A stretch of DNA of 64,000 bases from Octopus sinensis (lineage: Eukaryota), in assembly GCF_006345805.1 (NCBI RefSeq), contig NC_043008.1:26722001-26786000 (forward strand). Direction: 5' to 3'. Numbering within the stretch: the first letter of the stretch is position 1; the number at the start of each line of letters is the position of its first letter. A model generated the notes under the pieces. That model saw nothing but the letters and a program-made list of their open reading frames with translations. It had not been told where the DNA came from and searched no databases. Made by a program: the position numbers and the translations under genes. Shown piece by piece: positions 1 through 12,494 of the stretch.

Positions 1-150
1 GTATGTATGTATGTACGTGTGTGTGTATGAATGTATGTATGTCTTTATGTATGTATGTATGCATGTGTGTGCGTATGTATGTATGTGTGTATGTATGTAT
101 GTAATATACCTGCCTGCATGTATACATAAATGCACACATGCACACACACT
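1..150. repeat. (TATG)n/(TG)n compound microsatellite
   Basis: Direct tandem repeats. The 11..211 ORF is a translation of this repeat. Confidence 0.95.
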
Positions 151-154
151 CATA

Positions 155-1338
155 TGTGAGGGTTTTATCAAAGGTAATGCAAAAACTGTTCCCAATATTT
201 TTATTAACTAGTGTGGTAATTAGTACATATGTGTGCAGACCATCTCGTTTGCAGTAGTAAATTTCTTTCTATTCTTCCTCAATTCAGGAAAATAATGGCT
301 TCAAGGCAGAATAATGTCCTATTATTGTGTTCATGATGAAAGTGTGAAGGCAGACTGTCTTATGGCAGAATGTTACAGTTATTTATAGAGATGACCATTA
401 GCATGTGTAACGTGCACAAATGGATGAAGGAGTTTAAAGGGAAAACCAGCATTGAAGGCAAACTATGCAGTGGAAGACTATTTAGTGTGACTACTGACAC
501 AAATCGCAAGTGAGTAAACAAACTGATTTTGTGGACAGATAAATCACAATCCCTGAATTTGCTGCACAAGACTGAGGTTACAATGCATTACAGAAGATGG
601 TGGAAGACTTTGGATATTGGAAAGCATTGCAAAGTAGACATCTTAGCAGTTGGGAACCGGTTTGAATGGGTGAAGAGTGGAAGTGCGTGCTGATCAGCTA
701 GAAATGTTGAAAGTCAATAAAGAGATGCTGTTTTCCAATCTGGTGACAGGAAGGAAATGTGAACAGAAATAATGGCTTAGTCCATGGAATGGTTTCACCT
801 CTTTTCTAACGCCACAGAATTTCAAGAACCAGTAATCAGCATAGAAAGTTATGGTGACAGGTTTAAGGATGACAAGTCTGTCATTCACCTTAATATTCTG
901 GAATGTGGTTGTACTGTGAACAGCAAGTGGTACACAGAGATACAAAACTGCTTAAGGAAGCCACTGAACAAGTATCAGAGAAACAATCCATATTCACCAT
1001 AACAATGCATGACTACACACATCTAAGGCAACAAATCAAGCAATGCTGAGCTGGTAATAGATCCTTCCAACTACTATACAGCCCACATCTGGTGTTCTAC
1101 AACTTCCATCTGTTCAGGATAGTGAAGAATAGTCTTCAGAGGCAGAGATTTGTTGGTAACGAAATAGTGAAATTCCTTGTGAAGAACAAGTGGATACAAC
1201 ATGCACACATGTATTTGTTTCAAAAGGATTCAAAAGTTAGATTAACTAATGTTGCAAAAGTGTTGCTTGTGATGGGGATTACCAACATATTTCAAATGAC
1301 TTTTGTTGGTTTTGCATAGCTATGATTCAACTCTCATG
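155..1338 (+). mobile_element. Decayed mariner-type DNA transposon with both TIRs
   Basis: Degenerate inverted ends: tgagggttttatcaaaggtaatgcaaaaac at ~157 versus the reverse complement of 1307-1336. Frameshifted transposase motifs include VHKWMKEFKG..SGR (HTH region), SMEWFH, G.TVNSKWY, an HDNARPH-like cataacaatgca, LYSPHLVFYNFHLF (the YSPDLAPSDFHLF motif) and a GDY end. Confidence 0.85.
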
Positions 1339-1342
1339 CATG

Positions 1343-1394
<52 letters not shown>

Positions 1395-1447
1395 CACACA
1401 CACACATACACACACACACACATACACACACATATATATATATATAT
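1337..1447. repeat. (CA)n then (TA)n microsatellite
   Basis: Direct tandem repeats. Confidence 0.95.
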
Positions 1448-1790
1448 GTAGGAGGAAATGCTTGAGGCATGCAGGCATGGTCAGCCATCAGAGATGTCAC
1501 ATAAATCAACCCCTTGTAAATTCTGATATGGCTATTGTTCACAACAGAACATGTGCAACATGTGGAAAGGTGTGCCATTGAGTAGAGGATTAAAACACAT
1601 GTCAAAAGACTTCATACTGTAGTACCTGTTCCCTCTTCCAGCCACCACAACTATGCATTATACAATAAAATGTGCAAATATTTGGCAGGACTCAAGAATG
1701 ATATAAGGGCCTCACACTGCATTACCAATGACTCATTTCAATGATTTTTTCTAGCAATGGTTTAGCTTGTATATGAGAAAGCAGCCACTA
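1448..1790 (+). mobile_element. 3' end of an RTE-type LINE encoding degenerate C2H2 fingers (copy 1)
   Basis: Aligns along its whole length with 44905-45237. Translates RRKCLRHAGMVSHQR.H and TCATCGKVC...KRLH, and ends in the short tail gagaaagcagccactac followed by (TA)n. Confidence 0.7.
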
Positions 1791-1888
1791 CTATATATAT
1801 ACATATGTGTGTGTGTGTGTGTGTAAAAATATATATATGCATACATATATACATATACATATATATATACATGCATATATATACATAT

Positions 1889-1923
<35 letters not shown>

Positions 1924-1927
1924 TATA

Positions 1928-1958
<31 letters not shown>
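1791..1958. repeat. (TG)n/(TA)n/(TACA)n compound microsatellite
   Basis: Direct tandem repeats. Confidence 0.95.
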
Positions 1959-1959
<1 letters not shown>

Positions 1960-2320
1960 TCCTTTATTCTTTTACTTGTTTCAGTCATTTAACTGCAGCC
2001 ATGCTGGAGCACCACCTTTAGTCAAATGAATTGACCCCAGGCCTTATTCTTTGTAAGCCAAGTACTTATTGTATCAGTCTCTTTTGCCCACTCGCTAAGT
2101 TAAGGGGACGTAAACACACCAACATCAGTTGTCAAGTGACACACACACACACACATATATATAGATACAACAGGCTTCTTTCAGTTTCTGTCAACCGAAT
2201 CCACTCACAAAGCTTTGGTTGGCCTGAGGCTATAGTAGAAGACACTTGCCCAACTTGTCATGCAGTGGGACTGAACTCAGAACTGTGTAGTTGTGAAGCA
2301 AGCTTTTTACCATGCAGCCA
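1959..2320 (-). mobile_element. tRNA-derived SINE, family A
   Basis: On the minus strand it reads an A-box-like tggctgcatggt and a B-box-like gagttcagtccc, then the cttgggcaagtgtcttctactatagcc core, an internal (CA)n/(TA)n tract and the tail gaaacaagtaaaagaata. About 12 copies occur in the window. Confidence 0.85.
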
Positions 2321-4393
2321 AGCCTGCAGAGATGCTCAAAATATCTGGTAGTGTCGGCTATAGCCTACTCACCCGTATAGTTAACCATGTGATACACGAA
2401 GGAGTCATACCCAATGACTGGTGTAGCAGCATAATAGTCAGCTGCTACAAAGGTAAAGGTGACGCCCTAGATACAAATAACTACAGGGGTATAAAGCTGT
2501 TGGATCAGGTAATGAAGGTTACGGAGAGGGTTATAGCCCAACTAATTAGAGAGAGAATTAGCTTAGATGAGATGCTGTTTGGGTTCATGCCAGGGAGAAG
2601 TACTACTGATGCTATATTCCTGGTAAGACAGCTGCAGGAGAAATACCTAGCCAAAGATAAGCCCCTGTACCTGGCTTTTGTTGACTTGGAGAAAGCCTTC
2701 GACAGGGTTCCCCGATCCCTTATCTGGTGGTTAATGAGGAAAGTAGGGATAGATGAATGGTTAGTTAGAGCTGTGCGAGCCATGTACAGAGACGCTGCTA
2801 GTAAGGTGAGGGTTGGCAATGAGTACAGTGAAGAATTCCGGGTAGAGGTTGGGGTCCACCAAGGTTCAGTCCTCAGTCCCCTCCTATTTATCATAGTCCT
2901 CCAGGCAATAACGGAGCAATTCAAGACAGGATGCCCCTGGGAGCTCCTCTATGCTGATGACCTTGCTCTAATTGCTGAGTCACTATCAGAACTGGAGGAG
3001 AAGTTTCAGGTGTGGAAGCAAGGTCTAGAATCGAAGGGCCTCAGAATCAATCTAGCCAAAACGAAAGTCCTAATAAGTAGGAAAGTAGACAAGTCACAAA
3101 CGCCTTCAGGTAGATGGCCCTGCTCGATCTGTAAAAAAGGTGTAGGTAGAAACTCTATAAGGTGCACCAAGTGCAAGCTATGGACACATAAGAGGTGTAG
3201 CAATGTCAAAGGAAGGCTAACTAGGAAAATAGTTTTTGTCTGTGGCAGATGCTCAGGAGCAATAAACACTGAAAATGTGCAGAGACCAACGTCTACCATG
3301 TTCCAGGGAGAAAAACTAGAAGTAGCTGATAGCTTCCACTACCTAAGTGACCAAGTCAGTAGCGGGGGTGGGTGTGCTGAAAGTGTAACTGCTAGAGTAA
3401 GAATAGCCTGGGCAAAGTTTAGAGAGCTCTTACCCCAGCTGGTGACAAAAGGCCTCTCGCTCAGAGTAAAAGGCAGACTGTATGATGCATGTGTACGTAC
3501 AGCCATGCTACATGGTAGTGAAACATGGGCTGTGACTGCTGAGGATATGCGTAAGCTCACAAGAAATGAAGCCAGTATGCTCCGATGGATGTGTAATGTC
3601 AGTGTTCATAATCGACAGAGTGTAAGTACCTTGAGAGAAAAGTTGAACCTAAGAAGCATCAGTTGTGGTGCGCAAGAGAGACGTCTGTGCTGGTATGGGC
3701 ATGTGACGAGAATGGGTGAAGATAGTTGTGTGCAAAAGTTGCCACACTCTAGCAGTTGAGGGAACCTGTGGAAGAGGTAGACCCAGGAAAACCTGGGACG
3801 AGGTGGTGAAGCACGACCTTCGAACTTTAGGTCTCACCAAGGAAATGACTAGAGACCGAGCCCTATGGAATTATACTGTGTGTGAGAAGACCCGGCAAAA
3901 CCAGTGAGAACAGTCAAAATCAAACCAAATCAACATCAGTGGAAATTGCAGCTGTGGTTAAGCGAACCATCCAATCGTTTGTCCATTGCCAGCCTCGCCT
4001 GACCCCTGGTGCCGTTGGCATGTAAAAGCACCATCCGCTCGTGTCCGTTGCCAGCCTCGCCTGGCCCCCGTGCTGGTAGCACATAAAAGCACCATCCGTT
4101 CGTGTCTGTTGCCAGCCTGGCCTGGCCCCTGTGCCATTGGCACGTAAAAGCACCATCCGCTCGTGGCCGTTTGCCAGCTCTGTCTGGCACTTGTGCAGGT
4201 GGCACGTAAAAAGCACCCACTACACTCACGGAGTGGTTGGCGTTAGGAAGGGCATCCAGCCATAGAAACACTGCCAAATCTGACTGGGCCTGATGAAGCC
4301 TTCCGGTTTCACAGACCCCAGTTAAACCGTCCAACCCATGCTAGCATGGAAAACGGATGCTAAATGACGATGATGATGATGATGATGATGATG
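2321..4393 (+). mobile_element. 5'-truncated RTE-clade LINE: RT ORF, 3' UTR and (GAT)n tail
   Basis: ORF 2293..3759 contains PNDW..S.IV..YKGKGD...NNYRGIKLL, FGFMPGRSTTDAIF, AFVDLEKAFDRVP, GVHQGSVLSPLLF, LLYADDL and FHYL. A +1 frameshift at ~3737 continues into GRGRPRKTW. A minisatellite-containing 3' UTR ends in (GAT)n at ~4370-4393. Confidence 0.95.
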
Positions 4394-4779
4394 ATAAATA
4401 AATAAAAAATACACATTAAGTACAGGACATCACCAACAAGCGAAAAACATGCAAGCCCATGAGAGAAAAGCTCAGGAAAAAAAATACACAATAAGAACAG
4501 AACATCAGCAATGAGAGAAAAATATGTAAACACATAACAAGCGAAAGCACAAAATAGGGAGTAATAAACAGTTGACAACTGAGGAGGAGTTAGACTGCTT
4601 TTGGTATTTTGTCTCGTACTTGTCTCTCATTATGTGTGCTTACGTATTTTCACTCATTGTTGATGCTTTGTCTTATTGTGTATTTTTTGTTTTTGTCCTG
4701 TGCTTGTCTCTCGTGTGTTTGCATGATTTTTGCTCATTGGTGATGTCCTGTACTTAATGTGTATTTTTTATTTATTTAT
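4394..4779. mobile_element. Foldback/MITE-like element with 43-bp perfect terminal inverted repeats
   Basis: 4394-4436 (ataaataaataaaaaatacacattaagtacaggacatcaccaa) is the exact reverse complement of 4737-4779. It has internal sub-repeats, and a related half copy lies at ~57960-58085. Confidence 0.75.
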
Positions 4780-4819
4780 AATTGAATACAACGTAGCTTT
4801 GTCCACAGTCAATTCTTAT

Positions 4820-4859
4820 ATTTAGTCATACATATGTATACATACATATATATTTATAC

Positions 4860-4901
<42 letters not shown>

Positions 4902-5055
4902 ATATATGTATATATATATAGATATATATATATACATACACACACACATATATATATATACATATATACATATATATATATATATACACACATACATATA
5001 TACATACATACAAATATATATGCATATACATAGATACATACATACATATACATAC
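4820..5055. repeat. (TA)n/(TACA)n compound microsatellite
   Basis: Direct tandem repeats. Overlapping ORFs are repeat translations. Confidence 0.95.
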
Positions 5056-5059
5056 ATTT

Positions 5060-5279
5060 GCTTATTCTCTTATTCTCTTATTTGTTTCAGTCAGTTTAAC
5101 TGTGGCCATGCAGGAGCACTGACTTAAGTAGAACGAATCGACCCGAGGATTTATTCGTTGTAAGCCTAGTGCTTATTCTATTGGTCTCTTTTGCTGAACC
5201 ACTAAGTTATGGGGACATAAACACACCAGCATCAGTTGTCAAGCCATGGTGAAGGGAGATAAACACTGACACACATGCA

Positions 5280-5315
<36 letters not shown>

Positions 5316-5488
5316 AATACAACAGGCTTCTTTCAGTTTCTATCTACCAAATCCACTCACAAGGCTTTGTTCAGCCCACAGCTATAGTAGAAGACATTTA
5401 CCCAAGGTACCATGCAGTGGGATTGAACCTGGACCCATGTGGTTGGTAAATAAGCTACTTACCACAGAGCACTTTCTGTGCCTAGCCA
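5060..5488 (-). mobile_element. tRNA-derived SINE, family A
   Basis: Same head, core, (CA)n tract and tail as 1959-2320. Confidence 0.85.
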
Positions 5489-5621
5489 CTCCTATATATA
5501 TATCTATATATACACACACACATACATACATATATATAAATACAAACACATACATATACACATATATACACATACATACACACACACACACACATACATG
5601 TACATATAGATGCATCTCATG

Positions 5622-6985
5622 ATCATCATCATCATTTAACATCTGTTTTACAATCTGGCATGGGTTGGATAGTGTGACCTGGGCTGGGAAGCTGAGGATC
5701 TGCAGAAGACTCCAGTCTCATTTGGCATGGTCTCTATGGGTGAATGCTCTTCATAACACCAACCACTTTGTGAGTGTAATGGGTGCTTTTGTGTGCCACC
5801 TGAATGGGTGCCAGTTGTATGACGCCAGTATCTGCCATTACTACGATTTCACTTGGCTTGAAGAGTCTTCTTATCAGGCACAGCATATTGCCAAAGGTCT
5901 CAGTTATTTGTCATTGCCTCCATGAGTCCTAACACCCAAAAGGTGCTTTTTAAGTGCCACCAGCACGGGTTCTAGTTATGCAACACTGGTATTGGCCACA
6001 TTGCCGCTGTGAGGCCCAGTGCTTGAAAGGAGCTTTTTATGTGCCACCAGCATGAGTGCCAGTTACATGACACCAACAACAGCCACAACTATGATTTCAC
6101 TTGGCTTGATGGGTCTTCTCAAGCATGGCACATTGCCAAAGGTCTTGGTCACTCATCATTGCCTCTGTGAGACTCAACGTTCCACGATCATGCCTCACCA
6201 TTTCGTCCCATGTCTTCCTTGGTCTCCCTCTTCCACAGGTTCCCTCCACATTTAGAGATCGGAACTTCATTACACAGCTGTCTCGTTTATACACATCACT
6301 TGACCATACTAGTTCAGTCGTCTCTCTTACCCACCACATCTGATGCCTTTTATTCTCAACTTTTCTCTGAAGATGCTTACACACTGTCATACATGTCCAC
6401 TGATAATGCACATCCAGTAAAGCATACTAGCTTAAATTTTTTCAAGCCTATGCATGTCCTCAGCAGTCACAGCCCATGTTTCATTGCCATGTAGCATGGC
6501 TGTTCACACACAGACATTGTACAGTCTACTTTTCACTCTAAGGGAGGAGACCTTTATTACCAACAGAGATAGGAGCTCCCTGAACTTTGCCCAGCCTATT
6601 CTTATTCTAGCACTATGCTCCAAGAGGATTCACCCAAACTACTGACTTGGTCACCTAGGTAATGGAAGCTATGAACTACTTCTAGCTTTCCCCCATAGCA
6701 TTTGATGGAGTCTATTTTCAGTACATTTTTTGTGGTAATTGTACCTGTGCACCTTCCACACACAAAAAATAGTTTCCTTGTTAACTTTCCTCTGATATTG
6801 CTGTACCTCTTATGTGTCCATAGCTTACACCAGGTACATCTCAAGGAGTTTCTAGCTACTCCTTTTCTACAGATCAGGCAGGGCCAACTACCTGAAAGGG
6901 ATTGGGATTTGTCTGCTTTCCAACTTTCTAAGACTTTGGATTTTGTTATATTAACTCCAAGGCCCTTTGGTTTTAGACTTTGTAT
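5622..6985 (-). mobile_element. Older 5'-truncated RTE LINE copy
   Basis: Minus-strand ORF fragments read RCTWCKLWTHKR.SNIRGKL..FVCGRC, LEVVHSFHYLGDQ and VEGTCGRGRPRKTWDEMVRHD. The 3' UTR ends in (GAT)n, seen as (ATC)n at ~5622. Confidence 0.9.
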
Positions 6986-7097
6986 ATATAGACATATTTA
7001 TATGTAAATATGAGAGTGATAGTAATATCAAAACACCTTCGCTAGTACCAGTGAATACCAGCCATACTGGCAAAATCAATAATATATATATATATAA

Positions 7098-7260
7098 CTA
7101 CACTCTCGGAGTGGTTGGCGTTAGGAAGGGCATCCAGCTGTAGAAACACTGCCAGATCTGACTGGCCTGTGCAGCCTTCGGGCTCCCCAGACCCCAGTTG
7201 AACCGTCCAACCCATGCTAGCATGGAAAGCGGACGTTAAACGATGATGATGATGATGATG
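7098..7260 (+). mobile_element. Solo RTE 3' terminus with (GAT)n tail
   Basis: ctacactctcggagtggttggcgttaggaagggcatccagc...catgctagcatggaaagcggacgttaaacgatgat matches the end of the 8641-11608 element. Confidence 0.9.
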
Positions 7261-7271
7261 ATATATATATA

Positions 7272-7660
7272 GTTGCAACATGGCTGTGTGTTAAGAAGCT
7301 TGCTTCCCATCCATGTGGTTCTGGGTTCAGTTGCAGTGTGTAGCACCTTGGGCAAGTGTCTTCCACTATAGCCTCAGGCCGACCAAAGTCTTGTGAGTGG
7401 ATTTGGTAGACAGAAACTGAAAGAAGCTCATCGATATATATACTTATATATTTTTGACTGTGTGATTGTCCCTCCACCATTGCTTGACAACTGATGTTGC
7501 TGTGTTTATGTCCCAGTAACCTAACTGTTTAGCAAAAGAGACTGATTGAATAAGTACTAGACTTACAAAGAATAACTACTGGGGTTGATTTGGTTGACTA
7601 AATGTGGTGCTCCAGCATGGCCACAGTCAAATGATTGAAAGAAGTAAATGAATAAATGAA
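7272..7660 (+). mobile_element. tRNA-derived SINE, family A
   Basis: Head tggctgtgtgttaagaagcttgcttccc..gggttcag, followed by core and tail as in the other copies. Confidence 0.85.
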
Positions 7661-7917
7661 TATAAGATATACACACACACATACATATGTACAAGGGTAC
7701 TACCTGCATCACTGACAATTATCCATTGTCTGTTATTATTCATTTGATAACAACATACAATTCAATGTAACATGTGCTTTGGATCAGCCTCAAGGTGCTA
7801 AATACTCATAGGGTTGGTTTTCTCAATGTACACAACTGGAATTTCCAATTTGATACTTACCAACCATAGGCCAGAAACACAGTTTTATCCAACTCTACCT
7901 GGGTTATAAACATCTAA

Positions 7918-8300
7918 TTCATCATCATCACCATTTACCATCCATTTTCCATGGGTTGGAAGGTTTTGACTGAAAACTGGTAAGCTGGGGAGCTGTACAA
8001 GATTCCAGTCTGATTTCGCATTGTTTCTATGGCTTGATGCCATTCCTACCACCAACCACTCTAATAGTTAGAGGGTGCTTTTTATGCATCAGTGGCATGG
8101 GTGTCAGTTACGTAACATCAGTATTGGCCATGAATATGATCTCACTTGGTTCGACAAGTTTTCTCGAGAATGGTATATCGCTAAATATCTCAGTCACATG
8201 TCACAGCTTCTGTGAGGACCAACGTCCAAAGGGTGCTTTTTACATGCCATTGGCATGGGTGCCAGTCATGCAACACTGGCATAAGCCATACCAACAGTTT
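7918..8300 (-). mobile_element. Degenerate RTE 3' UTR fragment
   Basis: (ATC)n followed by a diverged reverse complement of the RTE terminus and gtgctttttatg repeat units. Confidence 0.6.
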
Positions 8301-8309
8301 CACTTGGCT

Positions 8310-8490
8310 CCCAAATTTTGGCACAAGGACAGCAATTTCGAGGAGTGCTCAACTGGTACATATTCAATTGACTCCGAGAGGATGAAAGGCAAATTTGACC
8401 TCAGTGGAATTGGAATTCACACTGTAGAGACAAATGAAGTTCCACTAAGCATTTTGCCCAGCATGCTAACAATTCTGCCAGCTCATTACC
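8310..8490 (-). mobile_element. Degenerate tRNA-type SINE, family B
   Basis: Minus strand reads gagctggcagaattgttagcatgctgggcaaaatgcttag...gaattccaattccactgaggtcaaatttgcctttcatcctctcggagtcaattgaat, a SINE-like head and core distinct from family A. Confidence 0.55.
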
Positions 8491-8640
8491 TTAATAAACA
8501 TCCAATTATTTCTGAAATATATAATATTGCACCAAGGATATTCTATTTCTTATTCTATTTTTACATGCATACCTACCTACATACATACATATATACATAC
8601 ATACATACATACATACATACATACATACATACATACATAA

Positions 8641-11608
8641 GAAGCATGAAAACAGGGAAAGCCCCAGGCCCATCAGGAATTACTGCAGAGATGCTCAAAA
8701 TATCTGGTAGTGTCAGCTATAGCTTAGTCACCCGTATAGTTAACCAGGTGATACACGAAGGAGTCATACCCAATGACTGGTGAAGCAGCATAATAGTCAA
8801 CTGCTACAAAGGTAAAGGCGACGCCCTAGATACAAATAACTACAGGGGCATCAAGCTGCTGGATCAGGTAATGAAGGTTACGGAGAGGGTTATAGCCCAA
8901 TTAATTAGAGAGAGATTTAGCTTAGATGATATGCAGTTTGGGTTCATGCCAGGGAAAAGTACTACTGATGCTATATTCCTGGTAAGACAGCTGCAGGAGA
9001 AATACCTAGCCAAAGATAAGCCCTTGTACCTGGCTTTTGTTGACTTGGAGAAAGCCTTTGACAGGGTCCCCCGATCCCTTATCTGGTGGTCAATGAGGAA
9101 ACTAGGGATAGATGAATGGTTAGTGAGAGCTGTGCAAGCCATGTACAGAGACGCTGCTAGTAAGGTGAGGGTTGGCAACGAGTACAGTGAAGAATTCCGG
9201 GTAGAGGTTGGGGTCCACCAAGGTTCAGTCCTCAGTCCCCTCCTATTTATCATAGTCCTCCAGGCAATAACGGAGGAATTCAAGACAGGATGCCCCTGGG
9301 AGCTCCTCTATGCTGATGACCTTGCTCTAATTGCTGAGTCACTATCAGAACTGGAGGAGAAGTTTCAGGTGTGGAAACAAGGATTAGAATCGAAGGGCCT
9401 CAGAATCAACCTAGCTAAAACCAAAGTCCTAATAAGTAGGAAGGTGGACCAATCACAAACGACTTCAGGTAGATGGCCCTGCTCGATCTGTAAAAAAGGT
9501 GTAGGTAGAAACTCTATAAGGTGCACCAAGTGTAAGCTATGGACACATAAGAGGTGCAGCAATGTCAAAGGAAGGCTAACTAGGAAAATAGTTTTGTCTG
9601 TGGCAGATGCTCAGGAGCAATAAACACTGGAAATGTGCAGAGACCAACTTCTACCACATTCCAGGGAGACAAACTAGAAGTAGTTGATAACTTCCACTAC
9701 CTAGGAGACCAAGTCAGTAGCGGGGGAGGGTGTGCTGAAAGTGTAACTGCTAGAGTAAGAATAGCCTGGGCAAAGTTTAGAGAGCTCTTACCCCTGCTGG
9801 TGACAAAAGGCCTCTCACTCAGAGTAAAAGGCAGACTGTATGATGCATGTGTACGTACAGCCATGCTACATGGTAGTGAAACATGGGCCGTGACTGCTGA
9901 GGTTATGCGTAAGCTCGCAAGAAATGAAGCCAGTATGCTCCGATGGATGTGTAATGTCAGCGTTCATAATCGTCAGAGTGTAAGTACCTTGAGAGAAAAG
10001 TTGAACCTAAGAAGCGTCAGTTGTGGTGTGCAAGAGAGACGGCTGCACTGGTATGGTCATGTGACGAGAATGGCTGAAGATAGTTGTGTGCAAAAGTGCT
10101 ACACCCTAGCAGTTGAGGGAACCTGTGGAAGAGGTAGACCCAGGAAAACCTGGGACGAGGTGGTGAAGCACGACCTTCGAACTTTAGGTCTCACTAAGGA
10201 AATGACTAGAGACCGAGACCTATGGAAGTATGCTGTGCGTGAGAAGACCAGGCAAGACTAGTCAGGCCATAACCCGTGGCCCCTACCTGGGACGTAGTCA
10301 GTCCACCTGTGCATACCTTCCTTCTTGTGACACTTGTGAAGACCTGTTGAGGCAAGTGAAAATCAAATCAAATCAAAATAGATGAACATCAATGGAATTT
10401 GTATCTTTGTGGTACCAGTGCCGGTGGCACACAAGAAAACCATCCGAACGTGGCGGTAGCCAGTACCGCATCGACTGGCCTCCGTGCTGTGGGCACATAA
10501 CAAACACCATCCGATCATGGCCGTTCGCCAGCCTCATCTGGTACCTGTGTCGTTGGCACATAAAAAACACCATCCGAAGACCCGGCAAGACTAGTCAGGC
10601 CATAACCCGTGGCCCCTACCTGGGACGTAGTCAGTCCACCTGTGCATACCTTCCTTCCTTCTTGTGACACTTGTGAAGACCTTTTGAGGCAAGTGAAAAT
10701 CAAAATCAAAACAAATCAAAATAGATGAACATCAATGGAATTTGTATCTTTGTGATACCAGTGCCGGTGGCACACAAGAAAACCATCCGAACGTGGCCGT
10801 AGCCAGTACCGCATTGACTGGCCTCCGTGCTGTGGGCACATAACAAACACCATCCGATCATGGCCGTTCGCCAGCCTCATCTGGCATCTGTGTCGGTGGC
10901 ACATAAAAAACACCATCCGAGCGTGGCCATCTGCCAGCCTCGTCTGGCACCTGTGTCGGTGGCACATAAAAAACACCATCCGAAGACCCGGCAAGACTAG
11001 TCAGGCCATAACCCGTGGCCCCTACCTGGGACGTAGTCAGTCCACCTGTGCATACCTTCCTTCCTTCTTGTGACACTTGTGAAGACCTTTTGAGGCAAGT
11101 GAAAATCAAAATCAAAACAAATCAAAATAGATGAACATCAATGGAATTTGTATCTTTGTGATACCAGTGCCGGTGGCACACAAGAAAACCATCCGAACGT
11201 GGCCGTAGCCAGTACCGCATTGACTGGCCTCCGTGCTGTGGGCACATAACAAACACCATCCGATCATGGCCGTTCGCCAGCCTCATCTGGCATCTGTGTC
11301 GGTGGCACATAAAAACACCATCCGAGCGTGGCCATCTGCCAGCCTCGTCTGGCACCTGTGTCGGTGGCACATAAAAAACACCATCCGAGCGTGGCCGTTC
11401 GCCAGCCTCGTCTGGCACCTGTGTCGGTGGCACATAAAATCACCCACTACACTCTCGGAGTGGTTGGCGTTAGGAAGGGCATCCAGCTGTAGAAACACTG
11501 CCAGATCTGACTGGCCTGGTGCAGCCTTCGGGCTCCCCAGACCCCAGTTGAACCGTCCAACCCATGCTAGCATGGGAAACGGACGCTAAATGAATGATGA
11601 TGATGATA
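8641..11608 (+). mobile_element. 5'-truncated RTE-clade LINE with triplicated 3' UTR
   Basis: RT begins at MKTGKAPGPSGITAEMLK immediately after a (TACA)n tract. There is a premature TGA at 8781-8783 and a frameshift near 9595. ORFs 8871..9623 and 9635..10261 are near-identical to 2321-3905. The (GAT)n tail is at ~11595-11608. Confidence 0.95.
10243..11433 (+). repeat. Tandem triplication of the ORF-end/3' UTR block, containing ~55-60 bp sub-units
   Basis: gaagacc(a/c)ggcaagactagtcagg recurs at 10243, 10576 and 10982, giving spacings of 333 and 406 bp. Confidence 0.9.
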
Positions 11609-11728
11609 TATACTAGGGCACTACATTTGCACCTACTTTGCTAAAAATAGAAGTCAAAATATTAATAAGCCACTGAAGAATCACAAAATTAATACAGGCA
11701 TGATAGGAAAAATTTCTAGTGAACAAGA

Positions 11729-11796
<68 letters not shown>

Positions 11797-11801
<5 letters not shown>

Positions 11802-12490
11802 GGGTGCAATAAGTAAATTGTTGCAATTTTGTACTTTTAATTTCGCACCTTCATATTGTTTCTTTTTGATTTTGTCAACTACACAGTAGAGAAAGATCAG
11901 CTGGGCACCATCTGTGAGAAAAACAGCACAATAACACAATTCACTTAGCCAGAAGTTTGGAAATGCCATGCTGCACTGCTTGGCATTTGTGATGGAAGCT
12001 CCATCACAGAACAACAGTTGGCTTGCTGTGTCAACCAAAACATGTACTAAGAGTGATAAAAATCAAACATCCAGTCAACCTCATGGTGTTTGGAGTGATC
12101 ACTAGTGATGGCAACGTTATGCCTCCACTCATCTTCCCACATGGCATCAGACACAACATGGAGCCCTACATCAAATGCTTGGAGGAGGTAGAGCTGCCTT
12201 GGATCAAGAGGGTGGATGCTCTGTACCTTGTCACACAAACAGGAGAATGCAGTGATAGCTGTCAGGCAATTTCTGTGACGACATCACCCCTAACATCTGA
12301 CCACCTAACTCCCCAGACTGCACCACCCTTGATTATTATGTGGGGTGTAGTTGAGTGAGAGACCAACAAAAGTTCTTGTAACACCAAAGATGAACTGAAG
12401 GCAAGGATTATGACAGCATTCACCAATTGAAACAAGGACACCACCCAGAAAAGTTGCAGGAGATTCTGAAGTCATCTGGAAAGGTGTGAG
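11797..12490 (+). mobile_element. Internally deleted maT/DD37D-type transposon remnant
   Basis: tatagggtgc end followed by KHPVNLMVFGVITSDGNVMPP, LEEV.LPWI and a *PPNSPDCTTLDYYVG segment (the WPPNSPDxNPLDY motif), then ELKARI..AF. Confidence 0.8.
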
Positions 12491-12494
12491 CATC

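Noticed and set aside
4289-4312. CTGATGA in the RTE terminus (also minus ~47732) as a hammerhead
   Set aside because: No GAAA follows the stem, and there is no stem I or III.
10243-11433. CRISPR-like or retrozyme-like tandem array
   Set aside because: There are no unique spacers and the units are RTE 3' UTR. The gccagatgaggctggcgaac word is a simple hairpin, not a hammerhead core.
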